Shown: piece by piece, positions 40,389 to 51,637 of the stretch | How positions within the stretch are numbered: position 1 is the first letter of the stretch | How the letters are laid out: each line of letters begins with the position of its first letter | Source of the DNA: an uncultured Streptococcus sp. | GTDB lineage: Bacteria; Bacillota; Bacilli; Lactobacillales; Streptococcaceae | NCBI GenBank assembly: GCA_902470035.1 | Contig: CABREZ010000001.1 | Coordinates: forward strand, 5,813 to 69,812 | DNA length: 64,000 bases | Direction of reading: 5' to 3' | The notes under the pieces: generated by a model | Told to the model about the DNA's origin: nothing | Databases searched by the model: none | Seen by the model: only the letters and a program-made list of their open reading frames with translations | Position numbers and translations under genes: made by a program

Positions 40389-41387
40389 TTATAATTTAAC
40401 AATTCGATTGAAATAGGGAATTTTTATTAATATTCCAACTACAATGAAACTGACACTTAATGTGAAGATGAGAAAAAGCAAATTTGCCCCTGCAAAACTA
40501 AATCCTACTAATTTCTCCCATACTTTCATAGCATATGTATGTATAATAAAAACACCCATAATTTGATTAGAAAGATAAATTATCCATCTGTTCTTATCTG
40601 TATTTAAATCAAATGTGAGTACGGTCAAAAAAATTCCTAAACTTACAATTTTCACAAAAATACTATCATAAAAATATTCAGCATAAAGATTATGGTGAAT
40701 CCCCTTCGCTAGCACATATAAGATAAAAGGTGAAATAAATAGTAAAACTAAAGTTACTACTTTCATCCAATTCTTAAAGCAATTTCTTAGAGTTGCTAAG
40801 TTAAATTGCGCTATAAAACCACCTAAAATATAGTAGAAAAACCAGGTCCATAATCTAAATGTCTGTATAACATAAACTTGCACTGGCTTTTGAAGTAAAT
40901 AATTTGTCAGCTCAAGTACAAAACCGATAATTACTAAGAGAGATAGAGCCAACAAATACCGATTTTTTGATTTTAGAAATTTTTTCAAAATTGGTAGACA
41001 CAAGTAAATAAGAATTAAAGCACCAAAAAACCAAAACTGGAAAAAATAACCTCTTTGTAATAAAGAACCCAAAACTTTTTTTATTGGGTTTTGTGAAAAA
41101 TCCCTCTTATAAATCCAAATGATTAATGTCCATATCGATACTGTTACAAGAATCCATTTTATTTTTTGTAGGATGTATGAATAGCTTATTTCATTTTTTC
41201 CCAATAATAAATAACCATTTACCATAAAAAATAGAGGAATTGAATAGGTACCTAAGTAATATAAATATGTTAAATAATTCCAAGGTCCAGTTTCTTTAAA
41301 TCCTGGCATTGTAGTATGGAGTAATACAACTCCTATACAAGCCATAATTTTAAGGAAATCTAGGTTTATATTCCGTATTTTCTTCAT
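40389..41387 (-). CDS. wciG: Membrane O-acetyltransferase (acyltransferase-3, WciG-like)
   Basis: 'LDFLKIMACIGVVLLH', 'IPLFFMVNGY', 'FWFF'; sits between wzx and glf. Confidence 0.8.
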   Translation of the reverse strand: MKKIRNINLDFLKIMACIGVVLLHTTMPGFKETGPWNYLTYLYYLGTYSIPLFFMVNGYLLLGKNEISYSYILQKIKWILVTVSIWTLIIWIYKRDFSQNPIKKVLGSLLQRGYFFQFWFFGALILIYLCLPILKKFLKSKNRYLLALSLLVIIGFVLELTNYLLQKPVQVYVIQTFRLWTWFFYYILGGFIAQFNLATLRNCFKNWMKVVTLVLLFISPFILYVLAKGIHHNLYAEYFYDSIFVKIVSLGIFLTVLTFDLNTDKNRWIIYLSNQIMGVFIIHTYAMKVWEKLVGFSFAGANLLFLIFTLSVSFIVVGILIKIPYFNRIVKL

Positions 41388-41392
41388 TTCGA

Positions 41393-42805
41393 TTATTTTC
41401 CTATTATTTGTTTTATTTCACCCATATTTACTACTCTAAGACATATTACTGTGATAAGATAAATCAATCCGCCAAGCACCGCATAGACTAAAACATTTAA
41501 AGTCGGTGTCAAATGTAAAATCGGTTTTAAAAGTAACAATAAAGCATACATAACAGCTGAAGCCAAAAAGATCTTCATCATTGGACCCATAATCGGCACT
41601 TCTTTAAGATAAGTTCGTGTGAAGTAGAGTTGAATCCCCCATACCAAGGCTTCTGTCAGTACTGATACAATCGCAGCTCCAATAAATCCCAGTTTTGGTA
41701 GGAAAAGTAGGTTCAATCCGACACTGACAATGGCAGGAACAGTGGTCGAAATCATAAATTCTTTATTTTTATTGTGAGGGATCAGAATTTGAATCCCCAT
41801 GATATTGGTCCATCCGATAAAGAACATTCTAAAAATCATGATGGCAATGGCATAACGCGCATCCTGGAAGTCCTTCCCTAGAAAGAATTGAACAAAGTCA
41901 TCATTGACGATTAACATACCGGCAATGATGGGAAAAATGACCAAATTATAAATCAAAAAGGACATTTGGTGCATCTTATTAACCGCCTTATGGTCCCCTG
42001 AGGATAAGAGGCTCGATACCCGAGGCAACATGACGCTGCCCAGCGAGGTCACTAAGGTCAACAAAATATTGACGAGTTTTAAGGCCTGGTCGTAAATCCC
42101 CACATCCTTTGTAGAGGCAAGAGCTCCCAGCATGGTCCGGTCAAGGGTGACATAGAGGGAAATGGCAATCTGCGGTAAAAAGAGCAAAATGACTGGTTTT
42201 AAGTGCACCAGTGCATAAGCCATATCAAAATGGGCTTTCCCAATAAATTCACGGGCAGGTAGCCACATACTGAGCTGACCTAAGAGCTCAAAGATAGTGA
42301 GCAAGAATACATAGAGATAAAGATCATTGGCAGATTTGACAAACAAGAAGATGGAGATGACTCCAACCAGTTTGACCGTGATATTTCGAACCGTAATCTT
42401 GCGAAAATCTTCTAATCCCTGAAAAAGCCAGGAAATGTCGAGTCCCTTTGAAACCAAGCTAAGTCCTAGGATATAAGCGACAGGATTTTTCATGGAAGGT
42501 AGGGCCGCACATAAAAGAACATAGAGGGTAAGAGATAAAATCGTTGCCCCCAACTGGAGGGTATAAATCCCCCAGAAATTCTTTTGGATATCTTTCCGGT
42601 GCCCCGAAATCTCCTTAGTTCCATAATTTGCCACCCCTAGCGTCGCCAACAGGATAAAATAGGTGACAATGGAGTTGAAATAGCCGTAGGTCCCCAAATC
42701 ATTTGAATTAAAGACCCGTGTTACATAAGGGGTGGTAATAATCGGCAAGATAATCACCAACAACTGGTAGGAGAGATTATAGGCGTAATTTTTAAGAACT
42801 TTCAT
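41393..42805 (-). CDS. wzx: Repeat-unit flippase
   Basis: 'MKVLKNYAYNLSYQLL...PYVTRV', multi-TM PST family. Confidence 0.95.
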   Translation of the reverse strand: MKVLKNYAYNLSYQLLVIILPIITTPYVTRVFNSNDLGTYGYFNSIVTYFILLATLGVANYGTKEISGHRKDIQKNFWGIYTLQLGATILSLTLYVLLCAALPSMKNPVAYILGLSLVSKGLDISWLFQGLEDFRKITVRNITVKLVGVISIFLFVKSANDLYLYVFLLTIFELLGQLSMWLPAREFIGKAHFDMAYALVHLKPVILLFLPQIAISLYVTLDRTMLGALASTKDVGIYDQALKLVNILLTLVTSLGSVMLPRVSSLLSSGDHKAVNKMHQMSFLIYNLVIFPIIAGMLIVNDDFVQFFLGKDFQDARYAIAIMIFRMFFIGWTNIMGIQILIPHNKNKEFMISTTVPAIVSVGLNLLFLPKLGFIGAAIVSVLTEALVWGIQLYFTRTYLKEVPIMGPMMKIFLASAVMYALLLLLKPILHLTPTLNVLVYAVLGGLIYLITVICLRVVNMGEIKQIIGK

Positions 42806-42854
42806 AAGGGTGTAACTTGTCTTAATCTTTCTTTTTAACTGGACTTAACTCAGT

Positions 42855-44029
42855 TTATTCAATTTTATTATCTGGATTCATAATAAACAATCGACTAATA
42901 AACAAAATTAATGGAGAGTAGCGAAGAACCAACATCTGAGGATCGAACATCCCATGGATGATCATAATCCCTAAACAGGCAAGTACGATATCTTTTCGAA
43001 TGGTTACGAAATATTTCATAACTTTAGTAAGAGTCAACAACATGAAGGCACTGACGATTAAACCATCAATAACCAACAACTGCACAAACGAGCTATCTAT
43101 GAAATTATAATTACTAGTAAAATTCCCGAAAATATCTAAGAGTGTGAATTTAATATGTTGTCCTAACCAAGATACTCCAAAATTGCGGAAGCCCTCTACA
43201 CTTAACCGTAGCCGATTATGTGTAAATTGATCTACAAAATGGAATAAATTCCCAGATGAATAAAAACAGAAATATAAGGTAATGATTAAAGCCAAAATAA
43301 AACCATATTTTGCTATTGTTTTCATCCAGAAGTGTCCAATAATAAAGTCTTTTTTTATGATTTTCAGACTAAACAACGCATATGTAAGTATTAAAATACT
43401 TAAGTAAAATGGACTAGTTGTCGAAGTTTGTTGGTACATATAAATCGTGGCCAAAAGCAAGGAAAGTAATTCCATGTAAGAAATTTTTTTCCCACGAAAC
43501 ATTAGATAACTACACAATGCAAAAATAATCTTTGTGAAGCAAACGAAACATAATTAAACCCTAGACTAAAACGATAGCCACCATCTGCCCTCATGAACAT
43601 ATTCGAAATCACGCCCATGTTGCTAGCAAAAATCGTCAAAACAAGGACTAGAAATGTGGCAAAAGAGAAAGTTCCTAATAACTTTCTGAAATCTATATCT
43701 CTAGCAGAAAAAACAAGTAAAAGAACATTTAAATCAAGTAACCCCTCTCGATTTTTTGCAACTATAAACATAGAAATAATGAACAATACTGCTATTAACA
43801 GTTGGTCCCAATGAAATCTAAAGTGATACAAGCTTCTTGGAAGATTCACCAACTCTTTTATCAAAATCATAGCAATTGTGAAATAGAGGACGATCCTATA
43901 CAATGATAAAGAGCCCTCTAATCTAATAAAATAAGTAGTTGTGACTAATGACGTGACAACAACCCATATAAATAAGGTGATTAAATAAATTTTTTCTGAT
44001 ATAGTACGATTGTTCATCACAATAGTCAT
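42855..44029 (-). pseudogene. wzy: Polysaccharide polymerase Wzy, split by a 1-bp frameshift
   Basis: ORFs 43502..44029 and 42855..43517 join into one 391-aa multi-TM protein ('RFSLGF', 'FIDSSFV') if one T is added to the run at 43521-43525. Confidence 0.8.
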
Positions 44030-44117
44030 CCAACCCTTTCAATCATTTAATTAAAAATATTTAAAACTTTACAACTCTCTATTATCAAATATCAAAGAAT
44101 TGAACTTACCCATTTGA

Positions 44118-44393
44118 TTAAAATCTGTATTTCTTTAGAAAAATAAACATCGAAGCATTCAGGTTTCCAGTCTTAAAATAAATCATACATCCTACCAGAA
44201 ACAAGAGAGGCGCAAAGATGAGAAAAGTCAAAGAGTACTCTTTAACATAAAGAAAACGAACTCCTAAAAAGGGAATAACATTAGGGATACGAAGCAAGAG
44301 AGATGCTAACATCGAAGTGTTAAGAATGTCCATAGATATAACTAATATTAGAACCACTGCCATTAACAGTTTATCGCGTTCTATCTTTAACAT
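44118..44393 (-). pseudogene. Truncated N-terminal relic of a second Wzy-like membrane protein
   Basis: 91-aa hydrophobic fragment ('LNTSMLAS', 'IYFKTGNLN') at the position where wzy normally follows the last transferase. Confidence 0.5.
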
Positions 44394-44427
44394 TTTTTTC
44401 CTTTTCTAATCTCAAGCCTCTCATATT

Positions 44428-45396
44428 TTACTGAGACTTTTTTATTTTTTTAAAACGATAATACAAACCCGGAGTCAAAGATAACATCATGTAAATTACC
44501 TTGTTTTTCAGGCTAATCCGCTTATTTTTCATAACTCTACCTAGGTATGGACGAATTTTTCTTTGAATTCGAGTTATTTCCTCTCTAGAAGAATCAGTTA
44601 TTAAAATGAAAATGTGGAGACTGCCGATGAATAAACGAGCAATGATAGCATCTTCTAGATCTTTATTATCTGAATAGCACTTCTGGACAACATCCTCCAA
44701 ATGGTTCATAGAATGATAAAAATCATAGTGCTTACTATTGAAGTTTGATAAGGTAATACTGTTTGGTCTACGATAATAATGGTAGATACCTAAATCAATA
44801 ACGCAAACCGATTCCACTTCTTTCAAGTAGTCACTGATTACATATAAGTCTTCATAGATTTTTCCTTTTGGATAGGGGTGTTTTTCTACGATATCTTTTG
44901 GAAAGAGTTTCGCCCAGGCAGAGACAGTAGCTATTGTACCATAGAGCATCTCTATCAATGTTTCTTCAGAAGAAAGAAGGATAGCTCTCGCTAGCATTTC
45001 TTCATTTATTTGGTAATTTTGATATGATTCATGATCGTAAGTGTCCTTTCCCTTGCCTGCGACAATACGAGCGCCTGTACGTTTCTGAAGTTTTATCAAA
45101 AGCTCAAGGGCACAAGGTTCAAAATAGTCATCTGGATCCAAAAAAACTATCCACTCCCCTTTAGCTTTAGCTACACCATAATTTCTAGCATCAGACAGAC
45201 CACCATTTTCTTTATGATAGGCCGATACCCAGGTATACTCTCTTGCATATTGATCGCATAGTATCCCGGAATGATCCGTGGAGCCATCGTTAACTAAGAT
45301 TACTTCAAAATCTTTATAGGTTTGATTGACCAAGCTTTCCATAGCATAGCGAAGATAGGTCTCCACATTGTAAATGGGTACAATTACCGAAATCAT
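44428..45396 (-). CDS. GT2 glycosyltransferase (WefD/WefG position)
   Basis: 'ISVIVPIYN', 'VNDGSTD', 'GLSDARN', 'FLDPDD', 'YED'. Confidence 0.9.
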   Translation of the reverse strand: MISVIVPIYNVETYLRYAMESLVNQTYKDFEVILVNDGSTDHSGILCDQYAREYTWVSAYHKENGGLSDARNYGVAKAKGEWIVFLDPDDYFEPCALELLIKLQKRTGARIVAGKGKDTYDHESYQNYQINEEMLARAILLSSEETLIEMLYGTIATVSAWAKLFPKDIVEKHPYPKGKIYEDLYVISDYLKEVESVCVIDLGIYHYYRRPNSITLSNFNSKHYDFYHSMNHLEDVVQKCYSDNKDLEDAIIARLFIGSLHIFILITDSSREEITRIQRKIRPYLGRVMKNKRISLKNKVIYMMLSLTPGLYYRFKKIKKSQ

Positions 45397-45429
45397 ATTT
45401 TCTTTTCTTTCTCTTACTCAGTTAGATAT

Positions 45430-46428
45430 TTAAAGCTCAAATGAACTTTTTTCTGGGAAAAGTTGATTCATAGCTTTTATAAAGTCCACCATTACTCTCT
45501 CTTCATCTTGAATATTGAAACCATCATTGATACACATAATTCTATATTTTCCGGAATGTAACAGTTTCCAAAAATCAGGACCTGCATGATCTAGAGAAAA
45601 TAACCCCCCCAATTTAGGATCAGCAACTTCATATTTCCCACTGGCAATCTGCCAGTATTTAAAGAGCCAAATATTGGTATCAGATGGATTTCTAAAACGA
45701 CTAGCAGATGTTTTCTCCAAGATAGCAGTTTCTTTCTCCCATACCAACTCCATGGTCGACTTTAAGAGGGGATGCGTCAAATGATTTTCCCAAAAACCAC
45801 AGATAAATTTACTATTTCTATAGAGTAGGCTCTTAACGATATTTTTTAAGCCTTGCTTGAAAGATAAAAATTTGCCATTTTTAAGAATCTCGTCCCTACT
45901 AAAATAACTGGTTACAATTTCCATATCGTTCACTTGGAAATGCCCCGTACCGTAACGTTCTGGGACAATCGGTGATAAGGCTGTATTATACTTTGGCAAG
46001 CCGTCTTCTGAGAAGAAATCCGTTGGTTCAACTGGAGCTGTGAGATAAACATCATCATTAAAAAACACAAACTGTTCAGAGAGTCCAGGAATTCGATGGA
46101 TATTGCTCTCGATAGGATTCGCAGAAAAAACAGGTAGATATTCCTTACGGATGATATCTGAATGATCGACTAAAATCAATTTTTCGCTAGTAATATTTAA
46201 CCAAGACGGTTTTTGTTGGTCAGTAACGAGATAGACCTTATTGACCCAAGGAGCAAACTTTTCTACCCCTCTAAACCAGTATTTAAAGGTTCCCCAATCA
46301 CGATAAGCCTTGACCGAATTCATACTTTTTTTTGAAGTATCTATTGACTTAGAGTATTCAGCCTTTTTAGCTTGCCAAACAGGATCCCCACCGTCTACCC
46401 AAATAACAACAAAATCTATTTTATTCAT
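45430..46428 (-). CDS. Stealth-family hexose-1-phosphate transferase (WefC/WefH-like)
   Basis: CR1 '[12 protein letters not shown]', CR2 'FVFFNDD', CR3 'SRFRN', CR4 'CIND...FPEKSSFE'. Confidence 0.9.
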   Translation of the reverse strand: MNKIDFVVIWVDGGDPVWQAKKAEYSKSIDTSKKSMNSVKAYRDWGTFKYWFRGVEKFAPWVNKVYLVTDQQKPSWLNITSEKLILVDHSDIIRKEYLPVFSANPIESNIHRIPGLSEQFVFFNDDVYLTAPVEPTDFFSEDGLPKYNTALSPIVPERYGTGHFQVNDMEIVTSYFSRDEILKNGKFLSFKQGLKNIVKSLLYRNSKFICGFWENHLTHPLLKSTMELVWEKETAILEKTSASRFRNPSDTNIWLFKYWQIASGKYEVADPKLGGLFSLDHAGPDFWKLLHSGKYRIMCINDGFNIQDEERVMVDFIKAMNQLFPEKSSFEL

Positions 46429-46440
46429 AATCTTAATTTT

Positions 46441-47586
46441 CTATATCTTATACAAATCTGAGAAATTCTTGATATAACTCTCCAACGAAAATAACTCTTT
46501 TTGACGTTGGACAGAGGTATTACCAAATCGCTCTCTCTTCTCGCTGTTCTCTGCTAATTCTTGGATAGCCTTAGACAATTCTGCAGGCTGATTCGGTGTA
46601 GCAAGAAGACCGTTTTCGCCTTCTTTAACCATTTCACAGACACCACCATGACGGTAGCCGGCTACAGGTTTGCCACAAGCCATGGCTTCTAGGACGACTG
46701 TTGGTAATGGATCTGGATTGGTACTTGGCAAGACAAAAATATCAAACATATTATAGAGTTCTGTCGTCTTGCTATAATAGTCAATTCGCTTGATTTGGCT
46801 AGCTACCGGTGAGTCTGATATAGCCTTTTCCAACTCATCCACGCGCCACTCCTCCCCCTCAAAAGCACTACCTGCTAAAAAGGCTACTGCTTTTGGATTA
46901 GCCTGTAAGATTGGAGTCACAGCTTCTAGGAAGTCTCCTTGCCCTTTCCAAGCATTCACTCGACCAACCATACCGATAACCAAAGCATCCTGAGAGATCC
47001 CAAATTGGTCACGAACAGCGCTAGCATCGATTTTATGATAGACGGCATTGTCGACCCCATTATAAATAACTTGAACTTGGTCATCGTTGACATAGCGAGA
47101 CTGTTTGACATGATTAGCAACGGCATTTGAAACTGTCACAATCTTATCTGCATAGCGCCCCATCAAAAAGTTGATAAAATCTGAAATGGCTTTTGGTTTG
47201 ACGATAATTTCATGCACATGCCAAATCAAAGGAAGTTTCAACTTCCGCTTGAGGTAAATTCCTTCCAGTACAGCAGTCGTATTGTTGTGAATAAGGGTAA
47301 TCCCATTTTCCTTGGCATAGTTGGCAATTTGTTTTGAATAACGATTATAGGAACCAAAGTACTCAAGGATTCCTTTTGGATTAAAATATTTTCGGCGTAA
47401 TATTGGGTAATCAATGACTTTAACCTTAGCACCGACCTCTTCTAAAGCACCCACTAAGACACCGTCGTTGGGTAAAATAACGTGTGCTTCAAAAGCATCT
47501 TTACCCAATCCTTTAATAAGCTCCAACAACACCTTGTCAGCACCATACATTTCTGCACCAGCATGGAGATATAATATTTTCTGCAT
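46441..47586 (-). CDS. wefA: GT4 glycosyltransferase (WefA-like)
   Basis: 'LHAGAEMYGADK', 'WHVHE', 'DPLPTVVLEAM'; follows wchF. Confidence 0.75.
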   Translation of the reverse strand: MQKILYLHAGAEMYGADKVLLELIKGLGKDAFEAHVILPNDGVLVGALEEVGAKVKVIDYPILRRKYFNPKGILEYFGSYNRYSKQIANYAKENGITLIHNNTTAVLEGIYLKRKLKLPLIWHVHEIIVKPKAISDFINFLMGRYADKIVTVSNAVANHVKQSRYVNDDQVQVIYNGVDNAVYHKIDASAVRDQFGISQDALVIGMVGRVNAWKGQGDFLEAVTPILQANPKAVAFLAGSAFEGEEWRVDELEKAISDSPVASQIKRIDYYSKTTELYNMFDIFVLPSTNPDPLPTVVLEAMACGKPVAGYRHGGVCEMVKEGENGLLATPNQPAELSKAIQELAENSEKRERFGNTSVQRQKELFSLESYIKNFSDLYKI

Positions 47587-47588
47587 TT

Positions 47589-48761
47589 CTAACCTTTAAA
47601 TACTTTCTCATAGTCTGTGACAATCTTTTCCCAAGTAAAGGCTTTTGCGATCCGTCGGCTTGATCTTTGATTGAGATCTTCGATTGCTTGAGCGTCCAAT
47701 TGTTCAGCCTGATCAATGACATGGGCCAATTGATCTTTCTTCCAATAAAGTGCTCCATCTTCACCGACTTCACGGTTAAAACCGACGTCCAACAAAAGGT
47801 TGAGTTTAGTAGACTCAAGAGCTTCAAGAAGAGATGGATTAGTACCACCTACTTCATGACCATGGAAATAGGCAAAGGCATGTTCACGAATGTATTTGAG
47901 CAATTCTTGATCATAGACCGTCCCGACAAACTTCACTCGAGAATCTTGATCAAATCCTGTATCTTTACGCAACTGTTCATAGAACTTATTTTGCTCTACA
48001 TTGGTAATCAAGACAAAATCTTTTTTGGAACTAGACTGCATAAAGCCACGAATCATGGCTTCATAGTTGTTTTCCGGTACAAAACGCCCTACGACAAGAT
48101 AGTAGTTTCCTTCGGAGACTTGCTTATCTGCAAACCACGTCCGTACTTTCTCGTCCTCATTGCTCAGACTGGACTTACTTGTTTCTGTTCCATAGGCGAT
48201 ATAGGTCGTCTGTGGCTGATACTTAGCGTAGTCCTTTTGAATATAGGACTCGATATTCTTGCTATCGCAGATCAAAAGATCGGCGTGTTTAACCATGAGT
48301 TGTTCAGAAAACTTCCAGTATTTACGGACTGGAAGACTCCACTTCGCACGAAGCCATTCATGTCCATCCGGATTGACCATCAAAGCCCCTCCAATCGCCT
48401 TGATTTTCTTCTTGATACCAGCGATAAAAGGGCCAATCCGACATGCCAAAACATAGAAGATAGGGGCTTGATCCTTGTTTTCTTTTGCGATTTCAATAGC
48501 TTTATTGAGAGCTGCAATATCATAAGCAATAGCACGTGCAGGACCGATATTAGGGACATCAATGTTGTAGCAAATTGCGCCGTTATGTTCAAAAGTATCT
48601 GCAGTAATCCCTGATTTTGCAGAATTCTCCCGCATACATGCCACATAGTACTGAATCTCTCGATCTTGTTGGCACTCTGTCAGCTTTTCGACAAAAGTTT
48701 CAAAACCACCATATTTCGCTGGAATTCCCTTAGAACCAACGATATAAACTGACTGTTTCAT
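47589..48761 (-). CDS. wchF: Beta-1,4-rhamnosyltransferase
   Basis: 'GSKGIPAKYGGFETF', 'NPDGHEW', 'GHEVGGTNPSLLEA'; start reassigned to 48761. Confidence 0.9.
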   Translation of the reverse strand: MKQSVYIVGSKGIPAKYGGFETFVEKLTECQQDREIQYYVACMRENSAKSGITADTFEHNGAICYNIDVPNIGPARAIAYDIAALNKAIEIAKENKDQAPIFYVLACRIGPFIAGIKKKIKAIGGALMVNPDGHEWLRAKWSLPVRKYWKFSEQLMVKHADLLICDSKNIESYIQKDYAKYQPQTTYIAYGTETSKSSLSNEDEKVRTWFADKQVSEGNYYLVVGRFVPENNYEAMIRGFMQSSSKKDFVLITNVEQNKFYEQLRKDTGFDQDSRVKFVGTVYDQELLKYIREHAFAYFHGHEVGGTNPSLLEALESTKLNLLLDVGFNREVGEDGALYWKKDQLAHVIDQAEQLDAQAIEDLNQRSSRRIAKAFTWEKIVTDYEKVFKG

Positions 48762-48798
48762 TTTTCTCCTTACATGGAAAGGACGAAGCAGGAATTTC

Positions 48799-50172
48799 CT
48801 ACTTCGCTCCATCTCGTTTAAATACAACTTTGATCGTTTTCAGCAAGATTTTAATATCTGACCAGATGGTCCAGTCATCGATATAGGACACATCTAAGCG
48901 AACCACTTCATCAAAGTCTGTAATTTCGCTACGTCCACTCACTTGCCAAAGCCCTGTAATTCCAGGTTTGAAACTCAAACGACGTTTTTGTTCTGGAGTA
49001 TACTTCTCATACTCATCCACTGTTGGAGGACGGGTTCCAACTAGGCTCATATCACCTTTTAGGACATTAAAGAATTGTGGCAGCTCATCCAGACTGGTCT
49101 TGCGGATAAAGCGACCAATCGGCGTAATCCGAGGATCATTATCCATCTTGAACATACCACCGGTCATGGTGTTTTGATCCATCAATTCTTTTTTCCGTTC
49201 TTCTGCATCGACATACATGGAACGGAACTTATAAAACTTGAAATAGCGGCCATTTTTCCCGACCCGCTTTTGGGCGAAAATAGCCGGTCCTCCATCCTTG
49301 CGAATCAAGGGCACCAATACAATCGCCACCAAGCCGCATAGGAGCAAGCCCACCAAAGAACCACATATATCAATTACACGTTTCGCGGTCACATGACTAG
49401 GTTTGTAGAAGTTGGTCGAGAAGGTGACAACATTGAGGCCAGCTACTTCGCGAATTCGTTTGTTGCCGGCAAAGTTTAAATCAAAAGCATTGAGGTTGAC
49501 GGTAACGTCGATCCCCATGGTCTCAAATTGTGAGACATACTCCCCAATATCATACTCTTCACTTGGAAGATTGAGAAAGACTTCATCTACCACTTCATAG
49601 GTCGCATAGGCCAACAGGTCTTCCTTTGGAACAACCTGAACAGAGGGGTGTTGAAAGTCTGGCCGGTCTAATACAGTGACCGCAACCACTTCCCCTCCGC
49701 TATCATTGGACGAAAGAAGTCGATCCAGGACTTTATCCAGACGAGAATTCGCTGTAATCAAGAGAATCTTGTGACTTCCTTTGAGACTGTAATAGAAGCG
49801 ACGCCAATACCGTTTTATGAAGTAATTCATTAAATAAAGGACAAGAGTCAGAAGAAACAGAAAATAAATCATCCCCCGGCGCGAGAGGGAGAACTTCTCC
49901 TCCAAAAAGAAGCTCGAAAAACTGATGGCTAACGCGAAGCACAAGCTGTATTTCAAAGTTTGTAAGAATTCAACTAGATGCCCACGTTTGAAGTAATCTT
50001 GGTTGTAATCACTGACGTAGAAGGCTACGAAATGCAATAAATACAGATAGAAAATTGTATTAGAGTGGATTTCTGTCTCTGTCACAAAACTAAACAAATA
50101 AGCCACAACTAAGACTGGTAAGCTTTGGACAAAGGACAAAGCAAATTTGTGAAATCCCCTTCCTTCTGTCAT
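48799..50172 (-). CDS. wchA: Initial undecaprenyl-phosphate glucose-1-phosphate transferase
   Basis: N-terminal TMs; 'KFRSM', 'DPRIT', 'SLDELPQF', 'GITGLWQV'. Confidence 0.93.
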   Translation of the reverse strand: MTEGRGFHKFALSFVQSLPVLVVAYLFSFVTETEIHSNTIFYLYLLHFVAFYVSDYNQDYFKRGHLVEFLQTLKYSLCFALAISFSSFFLEEKFSLSRRGMIYFLFLLTLVLYLMNYFIKRYWRRFYYSLKGSHKILLITANSRLDKVLDRLLSSNDSGGEVVAVTVLDRPDFQHPSVQVVPKEDLLAYATYEVVDEVFLNLPSEEYDIGEYVSQFETMGIDVTVNLNAFDLNFAGNKRIREVAGLNVVTFSTNFYKPSHVTAKRVIDICGSLVGLLLCGLVAIVLVPLIRKDGGPAIFAQKRVGKNGRYFKFYKFRSMYVDAEERKKELMDQNTMTGGMFKMDNDPRITPIGRFIRKTSLDELPQFFNVLKGDMSLVGTRPPTVDEYEKYTPEQKRRLSFKPGITGLWQVSGRSEITDFDEVVRLDVSYIDDWTIWSDIKILLKTIKVVFKRDGAK

Positions 50173-50191
50173 AATATCCCGATCCTATTCT

Positions 50192-50887
50192 TTATCTTTT
50201 TTTCCCGTAATTGCCATAGTTCCCGTAATTACCATAAGAACCATATTTTTCTAATTGAATATCAAATTTATTGAGGACCACTCCTAGGAATGGTGTCCCC
50301 GTCTGCTCTAGTTGCTCTTTGGCCTTTTGAACAGCCTTGCGACTAACAACTCCTGTTGCTGTCACAATCAAGCTACCATCACAGCGTTGAGCAATAATCG
50401 CCGCATCAATCACCATCCCAATTGGTGGGGTGTCGACAACGATATAGTCATAGTGATTGCGGAGCGCCTCAATGATGACCTCGAAGTTTTTACTTTGCAA
50501 GAGACCCGTTGGATTTGGAGAAACCTGCCCTGACAGGAGCACATCCAGTTTTGGATAATCTGTCGTCGCAATTGCTTGCGAAATCTCACTCTTCCCAGAA
50601 AGTACTTCTGTCAAACCAGCAACACGACCTTGGCTCTTGAAGACACCTGTCATGACCGAGTTACGGATATCCGCATCGATCAACAAGGTACGATAGCCCG
50701 CACGCGCAAAGGCTGTCGCCAAATTCGTAGAAATGGTTGATTTTCCTTCGTTTGGTTGCACAGATGAGATGGCAACGACCTTAATATTGGTCCCACTCAA
50801 CTGAATATTGGTACTCAAGGCATTAAAATACTCTTCAGCCTGAGTCATCGCTGCTAATTTGCTTTTTACAATTTCTAAGGTTGCCAT
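50192..50887 (-). CDS. wze: Tyrosine kinase CpsD
   Basis: Walker A 'PNEGKST', 'DTPP', C-terminal YGxYGxYG cluster. Confidence 0.96.
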   Translation of the reverse strand: MATLEIVKSKLAAMTQAEEYFNALSTNIQLSGTNIKVVAISSVQPNEGKSTISTNLATAFARAGYRTLLIDADIRNSVMTGVFKSQGRVAGLTEVLSGKSEISQAIATTDYPKLDVLLSGQVSPNPTGLLQSKNFEVIIEALRNHYDYIVVDTPPIGMVIDAAIIAQRCDGSLIVTATGVVSRKAVQKAKEQLEQTGTPFLGVVLNKFDIQLEKYGSYGNYGNYGNYGKKR

Positions 50888-50899
50888 GAATTCTCCCTC

Positions 50900-51601
50900 T
50901 TACAGTTTCTTCACACTAGGGATCACACCTAATAGAGTGATGCCCATCACTTCTTCGACATCTTCTGGTTTCTTCACACGGTCATCCAATACCTCTGACA
51001 AGATCACCAGGATGGAAATCAAGACACCCCCAAGGACAAAGCCAATAACGACATTTCGCTTAATATTTGGTGAAGAAGGGTTTTGCGGTACGACAGCCTC
51101 GTCCAAAGTCGTCACATCCGATACCTTGGTCACAGCAATAATTTTTTCGGCCGCTACATCTTTCAAGCCATTCGCGATACGAGCTGCTTCTTGTGGGTCT
51201 GGGTCTGAGGCTGTGATGGACAAAATCCGAGTATCCGCTGGAACTGCCACTGAGACTTTCTTAGCAAGCTCTGCTGGAGTCATTTCCAACTTCAACTCTT
51301 CAATAGCCTGGTTCAAGACATTTTGAGAAAGGATAATCTCGCGATAGTCTTTAACCAAGTAGGATCCCGCTTGAAGATCTTGGTTGGTCAAGGCATTGTT
51401 TTCTTGGTTCTGACGGCTGACCACGTAGATACGACTGGTACTTTGGTAGATTTTCTTCGCCACAAATGCGCTATACCCTAGGGCACCAATCGCAAATAGC
51501 AAGGCCGTAATCAGAATTGAGAATTTACGACGCCATAAGGTTTTAAAGAGGGAGACCACATCCAATTCGATCTCTTTGCTCTCTTGGTTTTTCATATTCA
51601 C
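50900..51601 (-). CDS. wzd: Chain-length regulator CpsC
   Basis: Two TMs, 'DLQAGSYLVKDY', 'PSSPN'. Confidence 0.95.
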   Translation of the reverse strand: MNMKNQESKEIELDVVSLFKTLWRRKFSILITALLFAIGALGYSAFVAKKIYQSTSRIYVVSRQNQENNALTNQDLQAGSYLVKDYREIILSQNVLNQAIEELKLEMTPAELAKKVSVAVPADTRILSITASDPDPQEAARIANGLKDVAAEKIIAVTKVSDVTTLDEAVVPQNPSSPNIKRNVVIGFVLGGVLISILVILSEVLDDRVKKPEDVEEVMGITLLGVIPSVKKL

Positions 51602-51637
51602 TTTCTCCTTTTCAATCCCCGTGATGGAACTTGATTG

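Noticed and set aside
47667..48614. 315-aa + strand ORF
   Set aside because: Entirely antisense to wchF with no recognisable motif; a shadow ORF.
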